Assembly (NCBI GenBank): GCA_016748015.1
Contig: JAAOMT010000429.1
Coordinates: 278,743 to 342,742 of the forward strand
From: Geosiphon pyriformis uo1
Taxonomy: Eukaryota; Fungi; Glomeromycota
DNA length: 64,000 nucleotides
Reading direction: 5' to 3'
A program made the translations under genes and the position numbers. Shown here one piece after another: positions 1 through 13,924 of the stretch. The first letter of the stretch is position 1. The number at the start of each line of letters is the position of its first letter. The notes under the pieces were generated by a model. The model ran no database searches. It was not told where the DNA came from and saw nothing but the letters and a program-made list of their open reading frames with translations.

Positions 1-114
1 TGATACACAAACTTGAAACATTAATTTCCTTATCAGAAAATTATATTCTTTGAGCCTCTAATCTTCTCATTCATTATAGTCATTAATCTTTAAAGCTCTT
101 TTTTATTTTATTGT

Positions 115-420
115 ACATCCAAATTTTTAACTTTTTTTTGTTAGCCACTATTATTTATTCAAACAGATATTGTTTCAATAGCTGTGAGGGTATTTATAAC
201 ATAATTAATTGGTCTGCATTGAATTTAAAGTATCTTTGCACTATTTTATTATTCTTTGTCTCTTTCCGAAAAAATACAATTGAATAATGTTATTTGACCT
301 GCAATTCTTCCAAAGTACTGTCAGTATGGTGTACCGATTTATAGAAGCTTTCCAAATATATTTGTTTAAATGAAAATATTGACTGGCAATAATTTTTTTC
401 TTAATTGCCACATTTTAAGG
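115..420 (-). repeat. Dispersed repeat; inverted, diverged copy of ~7290-7600
   Basis: The reverse complement of 130-270 (…GTGCAAAGATACTTTAAATTCAATGCAGACCAATTAATTATGTTATAAATACCCTCACAGCTATTGAAACAATATC…) aligns with 7475-7580 (…GTGCAAAGATATTTTAAGTTCAATGCAGACTAATTAATTATGACATAAATACTCTCACAGCTATTGAAACAATAT…). Boundaries are approximate. Confidence 0.8.
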
Positions 421-479
421 CACTTTATCAGCTTTTTAAAGTTTATTTTTACAATTATTGGCATAAGTTGTAATTTTAT

Positions 480-1511
480 AAAAAATTGGTAATTTTTTGT
501 AAAAGTTTTTTTTTGCTGTCTTTGAGTTTTTTGTTCTTTTTAAAAAATATATAATCTTTTTATTAATGTAAAAAATAAAGTTAATTTAATTAAAAAACTA
601 TTAATTAATTTTATATGTTTTTGATAATATTGAAATAAAAATTTTACAAATTCAAGATAATTTGCTTTTATAACTTTTAATTTTGACACTTTTATTAACT
701 AGTTATTAATAATGTTTTTGTTCTTTGTAAATTATATATTATAGGAAATATTAAATATTATAGATAATTGTATAATATATTAATCTATAAGTTAATATTT
801 TAAGTTTTTTAATTAATTTGAAGATTTTAGTATTTAAAAGTTTTAGTTGGTTGAGTTTTTTGTATAATAAACAGAAATTTATAAATAATAACTAATAATA
901 TTTGGTATTTAACTTTTTAAACATAGTAACTAAATTTATTTTAATGTTTTTTATCTTTTTAATAAGTAATTTAATAAATTAATTCTATGTCTATTCTTGT
1001 ATTTTTTATTAAGTAATCTTTAATATTATAATTTTAGAACTTTTTTTAATCAATTAATAAAATAAAACAAAAAAATATACAATAATAATAATAATAATAA
1101 ATAATAAATAAATATCTTATTAATAGTTATGATAAAAAGTTATTGTTTTAGTATTGTTAGTAATTTTAAGTAAATGCTAGCAATATTAATTTAAAGTAAG
1201 TAAATTTTAATAATAAATAATTAGATTATATTTTATTAAAAAAGTGTTTATTTTAAGCATTATATTTCTAACTGCTAATATTATTTAATAAAAATCTAAA
1301 AAATTAATTATTTTTTCTGCTTTTAATACTATTATTATATATATATAAATATTTATAATATAAGATTCTTGAAATTTTTAATAATTTCTACACTTTTTTG
1401 AATTATTACTGAAATTTTTAGCATTATATTATTTGATAATTTTTATTATATTGGTTAATTTCTGTTATATTTAACTACTAATTATTTTTTTATATTTTTT
1501 TATAAGTAATA
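480..1511 (-). mobile_element. Truncated 5' end of a degenerate Ty3/Gypsy element (family B): LTR 756-1511, PBS relic, start of gag
   Basis: 756-1511 is colinear with the insert at 32206-33013 (shared blocks such as TTTTGTATAATAAACA, TTATTAATAGTT.T.AT.AAAAG.TATTG, TTATTTTTTCTGCTTTTAATACT). Ends TATTA…GTAATA are deaminated TGTTA…GTAACA. The reverse complement of 741-755 (TTTAATATTTCCTAT) looks like a G->A-mutated TTTGGTG… primer binding site. Confidence 0.6.
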
Positions 1512-3000
1512 ATACATCTAATAATTTCAAAAACTATTAATAAACACATTTATAACATCTAATTTTACATTTTTTAAATTTATATTAATATTATTATTAA
1601 TTTGAAAATAAATAATTAATTAATTAAATTAAAAAATTGAATAATTAAAAAATTGAATAGCTAAGTGATAAATAAATAAATAGTAAAATAATAAATTATA
1701 AAAAATTTAAATTTTTTTTTAACACTTTTATATTCTTATTTTTTTACTGATAATATTAGTTAATTACTTTATTTATCAATTTTTAAAAAGTGGGTAAGAT
1801 GTTTGTCAATTCAAAAACATTATTGTGAATTCATAAATTTTATATTTTATAATAATAACAGTTTTTATTTTACTGGCAAAATTTATTTTTACTTGCCAAA
1901 AATCAATGGTTAAGTCAAATTGATTAAAAGCATTATTAATTCTTAAGAATAAATACATATTTTATTTAATAATAGTATTTAATTATTAATAATCAACATT
2001 AAATTAATTTTTTTTTTGAATACCACTATAACTGAGAATGTCTATTAACTCTTGGTTTTCTGTATAAATCAAAGTTTTTCTATTCAATCTATTTTTTTGA
2101 TAAATTTTTTATTTTGTTAGTTTGATTGATAAAACTTTAAGTAAATAAGTTAAAATTTTTTGGTTTTGAATACATATAAAATAAAATTGGTTTAGCCAAA
2201 AAATTTTACTTTTTTTAACACAACTAAACTATTTTTGATTAATTGATTTTTAATATCAATCTTTTAATCTTTTTTATTAGGTTTTTTTTGTTTAATAAAA
2301 ATACTGATTTAAAATATTAGATATAAATTTTGTTTAGTAATCTTAACAAGTATTTTTGTTAAAAATTAATTAAAAACTTTTAAAAAGCTTTTTATGTTCA
2401 AAAAAAAACTAAAACAAGAAAAATTTATAAAAAAATAATTGTCATAAATAAAATTTCAAGTACTTTTTTTTTGAATGTCTTTTGTACTGTTTTTGATTTT
2501 TTCATTGGAAATTAAGCTAATTGGTTTTTAATTTTTATAAAAGATCAAATATAATTTGTATTTATTACTTAAAAAGTAGCGAAGATAATTGCACTAGTAT
2601 TTGGTATAGGAACTATATTATCAATAGTTCCATTTTACTTTCTTTTTGGCTGTCTTCTGAATATTGTTTTAAGCATATCATGATAAAGCCAATAGCTAAG
2701 TTTTCTATTGACTATAAGATTTTTACTGTTTGCTTGCCATTTTTTAAAATTGTAGAAGGTCGTTTTCTTTTTTTACTTATAGATTTTCTTATTCTAAAGA
2801 TTTATTTATATAAAATAATTTTTTTAAAAGTTTTATTAATAATTTATAACCATAAATAGAACAAAAATTTTTAATTTGCTTTTTTATTTTTAATAAATAA
2901 TATTTAAGAAATTAATTTTTATCCATTATAGAATTATATGTCTATAATAATAATTTCATAGTTATTATTTAAAAATTGAATTAGGTTAATAGGAACTTTT
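1512..3000. repeat. Highly degenerate AT-rich repeat relic, family unassigned
   Basis: 2440-2525 is similar to 16710-16800 (…TACTTTTTTTT…TCTTTTGTACTGTTTTTGATTTTT…AATTAAGCTAATTGGTT). C/G-depleted, with no recognisable domain. Confidence 0.4.
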
Positions 3001-5832
3001 TTTTCATTTTTCATTTGTCGGGTTTCTCAAAAAATTTTTACCAATAAAAATAAAATATTTTTACTGGAATATATAATCTCAATAATGAAATTTTTATCAA
3101 AAACTGCTTTGTTTAAACATGTGTAAGCTTTTTCAGATATTGACACTCTTCTATTTCAAATATAAGCATGTCAAATGTATCATTAAGTCAACTTTTATTT
3201 TTAATCAAAAATGATATTTAATATTGCAAATTTTTTTCTGCAAAATCATTATTAAATTAAGTAAGTTTGCTCCGATTACAAAAGTCTTTTTGGCAAAATA
3301 TTGATAAAAAAGACTTAACAAATTTATTAGAAAATTTCTTTCTCATTTGCTAAATTTTAACATTTATATTATAACTAATTAGTTTGCTATATTTGCATGA
3401 ATTTTTATAGACTAAATTTGAGAAATAATTGGTAACATTTTCATTTTTTTCGTTCAATTATGTAGGAAATTGGTATGAAATAAAATTTAGCCCAAATGCC
3501 ATATATTGAATAAGAAGCTTGAAAAGTTATTTGAAAAGGTCTAAGAGAAATGATTGCAACTAGTAAAAATGCAGTAACCTTAAGATCATTATATATAAAG
3601 AAAAAAAAAAGTACTAATTTACTAGTTCTTATTATGAAAATTAATAGTGGGTAAATTTTTAAGAGATAATTGAAACTCTAATCAAAAGTTTTATTGGCTC
3701 CACCAACGAGTATTACGATGGCTAGAGCCGTATGCGCCTCCTTGGCTTTGCTATCTTTGGTTAATTATAGGGATCAAGACCAATGGCTACATGTCAGAGA
3801 AAATGGAAAAATCAGACTGCAGATAGCAATACAAGGGTCAAAGAGGAGGTGTTTTTCTTTAATTAGATTTCGTTCAAGCTATTATATTGCAAATCTAGAA
3901 TTTTGAGTTTTGATAAGAAATATTGAGAAATTTAGGGTATTCCTTTATAAGAAACTGAAAGCTTAATGAGAAGAATGGGTTCTAATTATATAAAAATATT
4001 ATTATTTTCCTTTCGACAGCCTAAAAGTGTTCGATTCACATTATAAGTAGATGACTATATGTCTTTTCTTAAAAAAAAACCTGAAACAGATATTACAATT
4101 TTTTGATCAATTAATGAAGCTAACTTTTAACATTACAATCTAAAAGAAACTTTGGGCTTGTTTACTTATCTTAATACACCAAGACTCATATATGTATATC
4201 TAATCTAAAAGATTGTACTGGTTTTATAGACTTTGGTAACCTGAATTTGAGTTACTAAAATTTATTCTTTAACAAATTCCAAGAGTAATATTTTTTGACC
4301 AATTCTACCAGAATTATTTCAAACTGGTTCATTTGCACCACCACGAACACCACTATTTTAAGAATACTAGTTTCAAATACTTTGAAAATATGAAACAATT
4401 TTTCTCATCTAATATCTAGCTTTTAATTAAAATTACTATCTTTCAATCATCCCTTTAATCAATAAAAATGTTAGCTATAATAAATTAAGAATAATTGCCC
4501 AAGTTTAGTCTTTCAACTTTGAAGATTGAGGGGAAAGCCTAATGTCATAATATGAGAATGAAGTGTTTTCGTAAATTCTTACAACGAGCTGCATTTTCTA
4601 TCGAAATGCCAAAATTATGAAAATAGAATAGTAAATAGAATAGTAATTTGATCGTATTTTTTGTAAAGAATCCAAATATTTATCAAAATAAAATATGTTT
4701 TACATTACAAGCTTTCATTTAGAGATTTTCATTATCTTTTCCATATAAACTTTATAACATCTTCAAAAAAAAAAAAGATTGAGACTTGTAAATTCCTTAT
4801 GATAAATTAAATGATTGAACTATTCAAATGAATAATGGGACTGGTTTTTCTTGTTTTTCAGTTAATTAATAAAAGCATTGGAAATCGTGAATTTTTTTGA
4901 AACAGGCAAAAAACAATTATTATTTAAGCGGATCTCACTATCTATTAAACTTTGGTGTTACGCGGCGATCATTGCATTTATATATGACCAAGTTTTAAAA
5001 TATTTTCGAAATTTCATAGGAGATATCTGTTGGTAAATAATATTTCATAAAAAATGCTTTTGCAGATTATTTTATTTTAAACAAAAGAGTTATATTCTCA
5101 AAACTTAGATGCTTATTAGCTCTCTTATTTATCTAATTTTATCTTTGCAATTAAATTAGAAATTTCTCAGAAAGTTTTGAAAAACATTAAATAATTTGAT
5201 TTTTCACTTTATTGGAAAGATGCTCTTAAATTAGATTAACCGCATGCATAAAATTAAATGTTTATTGTATAGAGAATTCCTGGATGTTCAAATAAATAAG
5301 ACCTGAATATTTTTAATTGCATTTTAACAATTGCACCTAAAACCATTATAATTCTCCATTCCTAAAGCCTAAATCATGTATCATCTTTTATATGAAGTTT
5401 TTTTTATATAACTATAGAGGTTTAAGAAATTTTTTCAGGCTAATTTTCCTATCCCAAGTCATCGTTTATTTGAAAAGTTTAGTTATACACTTATTTGAAT
5501 TATTAATAAATCAAAGTCACTAATGCTTAAAAATATGAGACTTCATAAATTTTTGATAATTTAATAGTTTTTTTCCAAATTCTCAAGTGCCCAAATACAT
5601 TTTAAACAGAAATTAATGTAAATTTAATCGCATTTTCTGGCTCAAAAAATAACAACCTGTAAAAACTTTTGATTGCACTTATTGAATCAGTTTTTAATAA
5701 ACGCTCTGATTTTGTATAAAAATACATAAATAAAAATCTGCCATAACTTTACCCAATATATCAATAAAGTTTTAATAGTATAGGCTTCAAATTTTAGATG
5801 TTAAATAATTTAAAAGGGTTAAAATGCTTTAG

Positions 5833-6659
5833 TCATTTAACACTCTTATTTCCCAGAAGGGTTAATTGATCAAGTACTACGTCCAAATTAAAATATGATC
5901 TAATTAGAAGAATAACTGTGTGACCACTAGCGCTAACCACCAAAGTGATGTCAACCATCGAACCGGGAAATTTTTCGGCAAGATATTGTGAGAGCTGCTC
6001 TTTGAAATTATTCAATATAAAATATTCGGCAACTTTAAACCTCACAAAACTACTTTTGTCAAAACTTTTCAAGGGCTCCCTAATGACGAGATTATCGTAG
6101 TCACATTTAACCTCAATCATCCTACGATGACATTTTTCGATGTTCCACAAAATCGAATTCTCGATCTCCATAAAAAAAACCCTTTGCCATTAGTGCATCG
6201 GTTTGATGAGCCATTATGTAGCGAGTTGTTTTGAAAGGGATATTAAAGTATTCACATTCTTTAGATACTTCTTTAAAAGTTACACAAATTGTGTCCAAAG
6301 TTTCAGTTGTCATTTTAGAGATTGGTGGGAAATTAACCACTCCGTTTCTGTAGAATTTCATTATGTAATAAAGGCATGGCGATTTCGATCAAAAAAATAC
6401 TCATTATCATTTATTAGATGCAGCATAGTCTGATTTCTGGGGTCAAACACAGGGTGTTAGAATATGCTATAGGGGTAGGTGGAAAGGGTTCGTACTAAGA
6501 TTTATAATCAATTGGAAAAATTAATAGAATCCAAGATTTATCGCATTTGAATACGAAGTAGAATGAATTCTAAGCATTGAAAATGCCCAAAAAACCTGCC
6601 TTAATTCCTCCCACATTCAAAATAATTTTTTCTTTAAAAATTTTGCACTTTTGAGCCAT
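5833..6659 (-). pseudogene. KCTD-type BTB/POZ (BTB_2) pseudogene, paralog of 54034-54812
   Basis: Exon 1 (6659-6600) reads MAQKCKIFKEKIILNVGGIK. After an intron at the same position as in the paralog come YEPF…VFDPRNQTMLHLINDNEYFFDRNRHAF/YYIMKFYRNG…KEVSKECEYFNIP…ILWNIE. About three frameshifts (~6455, ~6370, poly-T at ~6175). Confidence 0.85.
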
Positions 6660-7289
6660 TATTTGTAATAGAAGGCAAGATTGTTCTCTGAATAAACGAA
6701 CAGATTTAAAACTTGGAAAGAAACCTTGAACCTCTAAAAATATAAACATTTAGAGCGAAAAACCACAATCTATCAGTCTTCTTGCAGAACAGAAAAAGGT
6801 AAAAGGTAAAAGGTAAAAGGTAAAAGGTTTGATTTCAATCTGATCAACGCCAAATAAAGTTTGCAAAATTTTGTAGCCTTCAACAATTCATCTTATCTAG
6901 ACATAATTTTTTTTGTCATCTTTTCAAAAGCTGGTTAACTTGTGAACTAAAGAAAAACAACTTTTGGAAGTTTTTTGATCGCATAACTCGATACCGTAGG
7001 AATTTATTGAAAATTTTGAATAACCAAAGAATTATTTGAAGGAATTAAATAAGGCATAGGTATTAAAATTCCAAAATCTGTTTTCAGTGTATCTGCCACG
7101 ATATTTCTACAAAAGGATTAGAAAATAGATTCATTTAAGTTCAGTTTTTATTTGCAAAGCCAAATATCAGTTCAATTTTTCTAAAAATTTTCAGTCTTAG
7201 CCAAGTTAATGGTCCATAAAAAAATTGACTTGGCTTACAATCAAAATTATGGAAAAAGAATGTTGCTAATTATTTTCAAACAATTTTTA

Positions 7290-7600
7290 TGAATAAAAAT
7301 TTTGCAATTAAGAAAAAATTATGCTACTTTAATTACCAGTGAAAATTTTTTCAATTTCCAAAATTTAATATATAGATTGGTACACCACACTTTGGGGAAA
7401 TTATAGGTCAAAAAACATTGTTCCATTGTAGTTTTTTCAATTGTTTTCGGAAAGGGAAAAAGAGTATTAAAATAAGTGCAAAGATATTTTAAGTTCAATG
7501 CAGACTAATTAATTATGACATAAATACTCTCACAGCTATTGAAACAATATATGTTTGAATAATAAAGTGGCTCAAAAAAGAAATTATTAAGAGTTGTACA
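7290..7600 (+). repeat. Dispersed repeat, counterpart of 115-420, just upstream of the Tc1 relic
   Basis: See 115-420. Confidence 0.75.
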
Positions 7601-7814
7601 CGGGTGAAAGGTAAGCTTATTTTAATTGTCTAGAATTAAAAGTAAATTTTTTGATTATTTAAGTAATTATAATTTTGCCTTTGTTCGGTTTTAAGTTTCT
7701 TTCAAACAAAAGACTTAATGTTAAGTATACATGCCAATTGTTTTTCATTACATTATATATAAATTTATCGTCGTATTACAAATTGATATTAATAAATACA
7801 TATTTAAACTTCAA

Positions 7815-8230
7815 ATGTCTCGAGAAAAGTTTTCCTATACATGCTCTTTATAGGGAGAGATATTCGACTCAACAGGTTGCTGCGCGAGAAAATGTATGCA
7901 TATTTTCGGTTATACGAATATGTAAAAATAAATAAGATACTGGAAGCTTTGATAATAAACCAAAGTTGGGCAGTCCATGTATTATTTCAGGCTGATATGA
8001 GCGAAAAGTTCTTTGAACAATTAAATTTTGAAAAAAAAAAGCTCCAAAACGATTAAAAAATAATGGTTTCTGTTGAAAGTATACGTCGTGTATTTAGAAG
8101 AAATAGTTTATTTGCATGGACAAAACAAAAAAAGCCATTTTCTTGAAGAAAAGTTATTTAATTAACCAAAATATCATGTGACCAGTCAAATTTGAGAATA
8201 GTAAACTAATGGTTTCAAATTGTTCAAGAC
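7815..8230 (+). mobile_element. Tc1/mariner transposase relic (N-terminal HTH region)
   Basis: Broken frame …YSTQQVAARENVCIFSVIRICKNK*DTGSFDNKPKLGSP…KIMVSVESIRRVFRRNSLFAWTKQKKPF matches the Tc1 pattern TG…RxGRP…VSxxTIRRxL…GL.AR.K.KKP. A decayed KFGGGSLMVW-like motif lies near 8190-8215. Confidence 0.7.
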
Positions 8231-10386
8231 CCAATAATATTGTAAAATGAATACAAATATTATCAAAATATTTTATTAGAGGATTTTGTAAGTAAATGCA
8301 CATGATATAAATCTAAAAAATTAATAATCCTAAAGTATATATAAATACACTTGATTGACTAATGCAGTTATTAGACTTGAACAGGATAGAAAGTTTAAAG
8401 CGAGTAAGATAATTATGAAAAAATTTACAGATAATATGAATGATATTGAACTTATTTTTATATATTCGATTTATTAATATCATGCATTAAAGAAAAAATA
8501 CTATCATAAGAGCCAATAAGGAGTATAATAAAATGATGAGTTTAAATATTATTTATAATAAAAGGCTTCATAATTACTAAGTTTCTACTTTATTAAAATT
8601 TATTTCAAGATTTTATTGTAAAAATTTGCAATTAAACCAATGTAAAAGAACTAATTTTATAAAATAAACTCATATTTTCCAATTTGAATTTAATGTATTC
8701 ATTACTTTAGACTTGGAATCTAGACATTTTAATAAATTACTGACAAAAGAATTTACTCTCATTCCTTCCCAAAAAATAAACATTCATTTTATTAAGATTT
8801 CCTAGATATTTGCGGAGATAAGGGTTTAATAAAAGAATGTTTGGCTGATTGAGATATTAAAATACCCGAATAATCAACTGCTCCCATTATTACAGCCAAA
8901 CAAACAATAGAAATTATAACGATTGAGAATAATAAAGAGGGTTTGATTAATAACCAAGAGAAAAAACCGAAATCATTACCAGAATAAAAATGCTTCATTT
9001 TACAGAGAAAAAAGATAGCTTAATCCAAAAGATTGAAAAAACTTTGAAGTCTTGAAATAATTGAAAAAAGAGTGGTATTCAATAATTTTTTTACTATTAA
9101 ATCTGATGGCCCACAAAACGATTAGAATCAAATTTTCAAAGGTCAATATTATCTCCAAGCTATTTATACAAACCAATTAGAACAGAGAATTTAGAATCTT
9201 TCAAAATCTACTTGTGAAAATTAAATATGCTTATCAAAAATCTTAACATGAAGAAATGGGCTGATGAAAATAGAGTATTAATCGAATCTTGGACTATTTT
9301 TTGGCTAAAGATCTCTGGATGTCTAAAATAATAAAACTCATTTAATTAACAATTAAATTTTACAAAGTTTTGAACAATTAAATTTACTTTTTTTAATGTT
9401 TTTATTATAATTTTAATCTCAAAATCATATTTCAAACTCGATCTATTTCAAAAAAATTTTGAGTCTGCTTTAAAATATGACTTATTTAAAAAAATTATTA
9501 TTATATTTGCGTTTAAATGAACTTTCAAATCGCTGACTAAATTCTGATATTTGATCTTTCTTTAACTTAGTGAATAAAATTTTAGCGAAACCATTTAAGC
9601 TTTACATTGATATTCAACAAGTTTCAAAAAATATTTTGATTATGACATATAAGGCAATAAAGATTTACACATACAAACAATAATTTAGCTTCAAAGTGGG
9701 ATTTTGGATATTGATCATGCTTAATAAATGGCATTTTGATGTATTTTTCATTTGGTTAAAACATTTTTTTTTAAATAATTTCATTTTAGAATCGAATTAA
9801 CGTTTTGGTTGATTAGTACAATAAATTTCTCTTTACTTGACTATACTGTTAATCAATGCTTTTTTCAAAAAAAACAAGAATTGTTGTGTAAATTAATATG
9901 AAAGTATTTGTTTGATAAATTTATTTTTTGGAAGCTAAAATATACTGATTTTAACATCGCAAAACTTTAGTTTATTTTTACAAATTAGAATCAATTTCTT
10001 GTGTAATTTTGATTCAAAAATAGAAATAAAAAACAAAAAATACGGTTGATCTTAAATATATTAATGAACAAAATAAATTTTCTCAATTTAATAAGAAATA
10101 TGATTTATAACTAATTATAAATTAATAATAAAAAGTTTTAAATTAAACCTTTTGAAATGATGTTTATATAAAAAAATTTGTGATATCAATGTAAAATATA
10201 TTTTTAATTTTATTATTATTGGTTTGGAAAAATTAACATTATTTTATATATTTTAAAAATTTTATAAATCAAGATATTTTAAATTATCTTATTAAACAAT
10301 TATCACAATTTTATAAATATTATTTTATTCCAAAGATATTTGTTTATTATATAATGAAAAAAAATAATCGAAATTAAATTTAATCA

Positions 10387-10387
<1 letters not shown>

Positions 10388-10443
<56 letters not shown>

Positions 10444-10452
10444 CATTATTAT
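10388..10452. repeat. (TTA)n microsatellite
   Basis: Directly visible tandem ATT run. Confidence 0.95.
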
Positions 10453-12307
10453 AATTACTAATTAAGAAAATTTTGTTTAATTTTATAAATTAGAAATAAT
10501 CAAAATTTAAATTATATATTGATATCAAAATGTGATATTTATAATGATACATTTGGTTTTAAAACAGAAAAATATTTTTATTAAATTTATTTAACAATTA
10601 ATATTTTTTTATTTTATATCATTAAATTTATATTTAAGTTAAAAATAAATAATTTTACAAAAAACTTGTATTCTGCTGATAAAATATATTTGAAAAATAA
10701 TACTTGAATAAAATTTGGCTATTAATAATTATTTTTCTTTGTTTATTTCTTAATTTTTGCAAAGAATTGATTATTTGGTAAAAAAATAAATATTTTTAAT
10801 TCGATCAATAAAATTATCTTAAATGAAACATTATGCACATTTTGCATCTCCGAAATAAAAACTTTTTAATTTAATGCTCTAAATTTTTTATTAAACACTA
10901 TAAATGCAGGGACAATTTTAATTTAATATGCGTCGCTCTATTCAACTTCCAAAGTTTCATAAATTTTCAAAAGTCGATTTGGATTGCAGAATTTTAAACA
11001 CAATATTAAGACAATTTCATGTATTCCTTAAAAAAAAATAGACCGTGTTTCTCAATAAATTTCTACTTTTCCTATCTAAGGAAAATTTTCAAAAATTAGA
11101 TAGTGCAAACTCAGTTTTAATATTTCAAATTTCAAATTTTTTTGACGCAAAGAAAAGTCTTAAAAAACTAATCATTCATCCTAAATAAATACACATTTTT
11201 AAGCAAACTTCATAAATAACGGAAGCCTGCATTATGAATAGGCATCATTTTAAAATGTCATTAAACCCAGTGTCAGGGTTACAGTGGTTACAGTACCTAT
11301 GCGCATGGACAAATATCATTAATTCATTTTATTACGCTCAACAACAAAAGCAATTTTACTGCATTTAAGAACATTATTCTTTTCAAGACAAACGTCATTA
11401 TTCCTATCATCATTGTCATATCTATGACTAAATAGTTTTTTTTCCCTCTTTTCCAACGATCGATCAATCAATCTGTCTGTCTGTCTGTCTTTCTTTCTAT
11501 CATGATTGATCCTTATAAATCAATGCATCATCATCAACAACTCACGTCTTCATCAAATTTATTATCAAATGATTTGGAAGTAATGTCTAGTGACCTTAAC
11601 AATTGCACATACCATAACTTTTGACCTATATTATACTTTTTCAACCCTGAAAAATCTTTAACCAGATAGCTAACGCCGAAAAAACTAAAACTTATTAAGT
11701 GTTAAAAGGTAACTAATTATAAAAAATTTTCAGGAATAAAAAATTAGCAAATGTAAAACGTATATCCCAAGTTCATCAGTGAATCAAAATCATACATCAA
11801 CGTGGGGGCGTCAGTTGATGATAAGTTGAGCGACTCACCATAGTAAAAGATTAACTTTACGATATTAAAATTACATTCAAAGGGTTCAATACTTTTAAGT
11901 TACTCTCAACTGAGAAATAAAATAATTTAACAAAAGCACTACTGCAGGAGGTCACATAAACGAACGACTCGCGTGTTTGTCTATAGTTTCCTTGTGCAAC
12001 AGCTAAATTTTTTTGATTACATTGGCACCACGTTTTGTTAAATTATTTTTTTCGCGTAAAAATATCCATTCAATCTCCCACAAACATAAATTTTATTTAT
12101 TTGACTTCCAATTGCCAAACTTCTACAAAATACTAATTTTAACATTATCAAGAAAAATCTATATAAACTTGCACAAAGTTCATCAGTTTTTTACCTTTCC
12201 TCGATATTCTCTCACTGATCTAAGCATCTCTCAAAGATCAATATTGAAACATTGGAAATACTAGTAACCATCATTCCATAGATCTTGGGTAATTCAAAGA
12301 AATCGAG

Positions 12308-13924
12308 ATGGAATCTTCAAACAGTGCAATCACTACAACTCCCAATGGTCTTGGGATATACAGTATTGTGGGTCAAAACTCTGCTGGAAATAGTTCAATA
12401 GACCAGCAAAACTCAAATCATAATAGAGACCTCGAGAATCAACATCATCAAGAGATGATTCGATATTCGCAGCAATGGGCAGATGAAAGGTATTATTCCT
12501 TGGCATTTTAAAAGATCTTTATTTGATATTTAGGGATTTTCTTCCTTTATTTTAACCAAGGATAAAACCTATCGCATTATGATTTTTCGATATTAAAGCT
12601 GGCGCTCCGTTCCAGGATCCGATCCAAATTCATCGCTAACTCGTGCACATACGCCTTCAGGAGGTTATACTTCCCATTGGTTGAACGACCAAAGACATAA
12701 TCCTACGATGCAAAACGAAATCTCTCATCAAAATAATTCTCATCAAGAAATCGAAGAAGCTAACAACACCAACCAAAACAATCATTTTGGTGATAGTTTG
12801 GTACGATATGCACAACCCAACAATACTCGAATAGCTTACACTGGTGCTCCTCGTTACCTTCCAGGACATCATCATGGCTATTTTCAACAACAAGAATTAG
12901 CTGCTTCATACTATCACAATCATCCCACGACCCCAATGAGAGATTCATTTGTTGGTTACTCATCAATACCAGTTCAATGTGCAGCAACTTGTGGCGGGAC
13001 TACTGCGCAGTTCACACCGTACTTGCCTCCATTAAGTTATAATCAACACACATTTTATTCTTTCCCAACACCCCATCATCAATATAGGCAACATGAACAT
13101 TCTCACCATCCGAATTCTTCCGTTACTGCCCAATCACTCCAAGAATATGCATTACTTTCTAGAAACGCGAATTTATCTAGTGGAATAAACGAAACAAAAA
13201 AGAAAAATCGAAAAACAATTAACACTATTCCCTTAAGGCCAAATGAAAATGCTCATTCCAATCATAATGAATTCCATCAATTCATTCAAACAAATTCGAA
13301 TATTAGCCAGCAGCAACAGCGGAAGGGAGATCCATTAAAATGTTCAAATTGTGGGGTTCGAGAAACACCAGCTTGGCGTCGTGATTTACAAGGCATTGCG
13401 CTTTTATGCAATTCGTGTGGACTTTACTTGAAGAATAAAGGGGTTCATCGTCCAACCGAACGAGCTCCGGATGGAACAATTCGGCTTAAAAGAGCTACGA
13501 AAAGCGAGACGGAGTTATCTTGTTCAAATTGCCATACTAAAACCACTCCATGCTGGCGTGGCACACAAAATCATAAGCTTTGTAAGTTTTAATTAATCAA
13601 CTTTGAAAATCCTTTGATTGATATACTCATGAAATTATTCTCCATTTGATGAAAATAGGTAATAAATGTGGATTATTCCAAAAAACACATGGCTATCCCC
13701 GTCCTTCGAGCCCTGAGCTAAGGGCAAGAAGGGGTATGGCAGCCTCAAATCTTGCCATGATAATTGGTAATCGTCCACCACTTACTCCACCACAAGCAAC
13801 ATCAATCGTACCAATTACCCAAAATCCATTATATTCGATGGAAAATTCAACGTCTACTTCCGCAGCTGAAATTGAAATTCACCCTTCAAAAGACATTGGA
13901 AATAAAGAATTGCGAGATTTTTGA
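12308..13924 (+). CDS. GATA-type transcription factor with two zinc fingers; exons 12308-12489, 12599-13581, 13659-13924 (~476 aa)
   Basis: GT-AG introns join the three ORFs in frame (1431 nt). Finger 1 is CSNCGVRETPAWRRDLQGIALLCNSCGL. Finger 2 is CSNCHTKTTPCWRGTQNHKL|CNKCGL, completed by splicing. The N-terminus is rich in N/Q/H. Confidence 0.9.

Noticed and set aside
7561-7580. TAAAGTGGCTCAAAAAAG as a Tc1 TIR start
   Set aside because: It lies inside a longer repeat shared with 115-420, and I found no partner TIR downstream of the transposase relic.
8792-8998. 68-aa hydrophobic ORF as a membrane micro-protein or lipase first exon
   Set aside because: No downstream exons or motifs; T-rich DNA readily gives hydrophobic ORFs.
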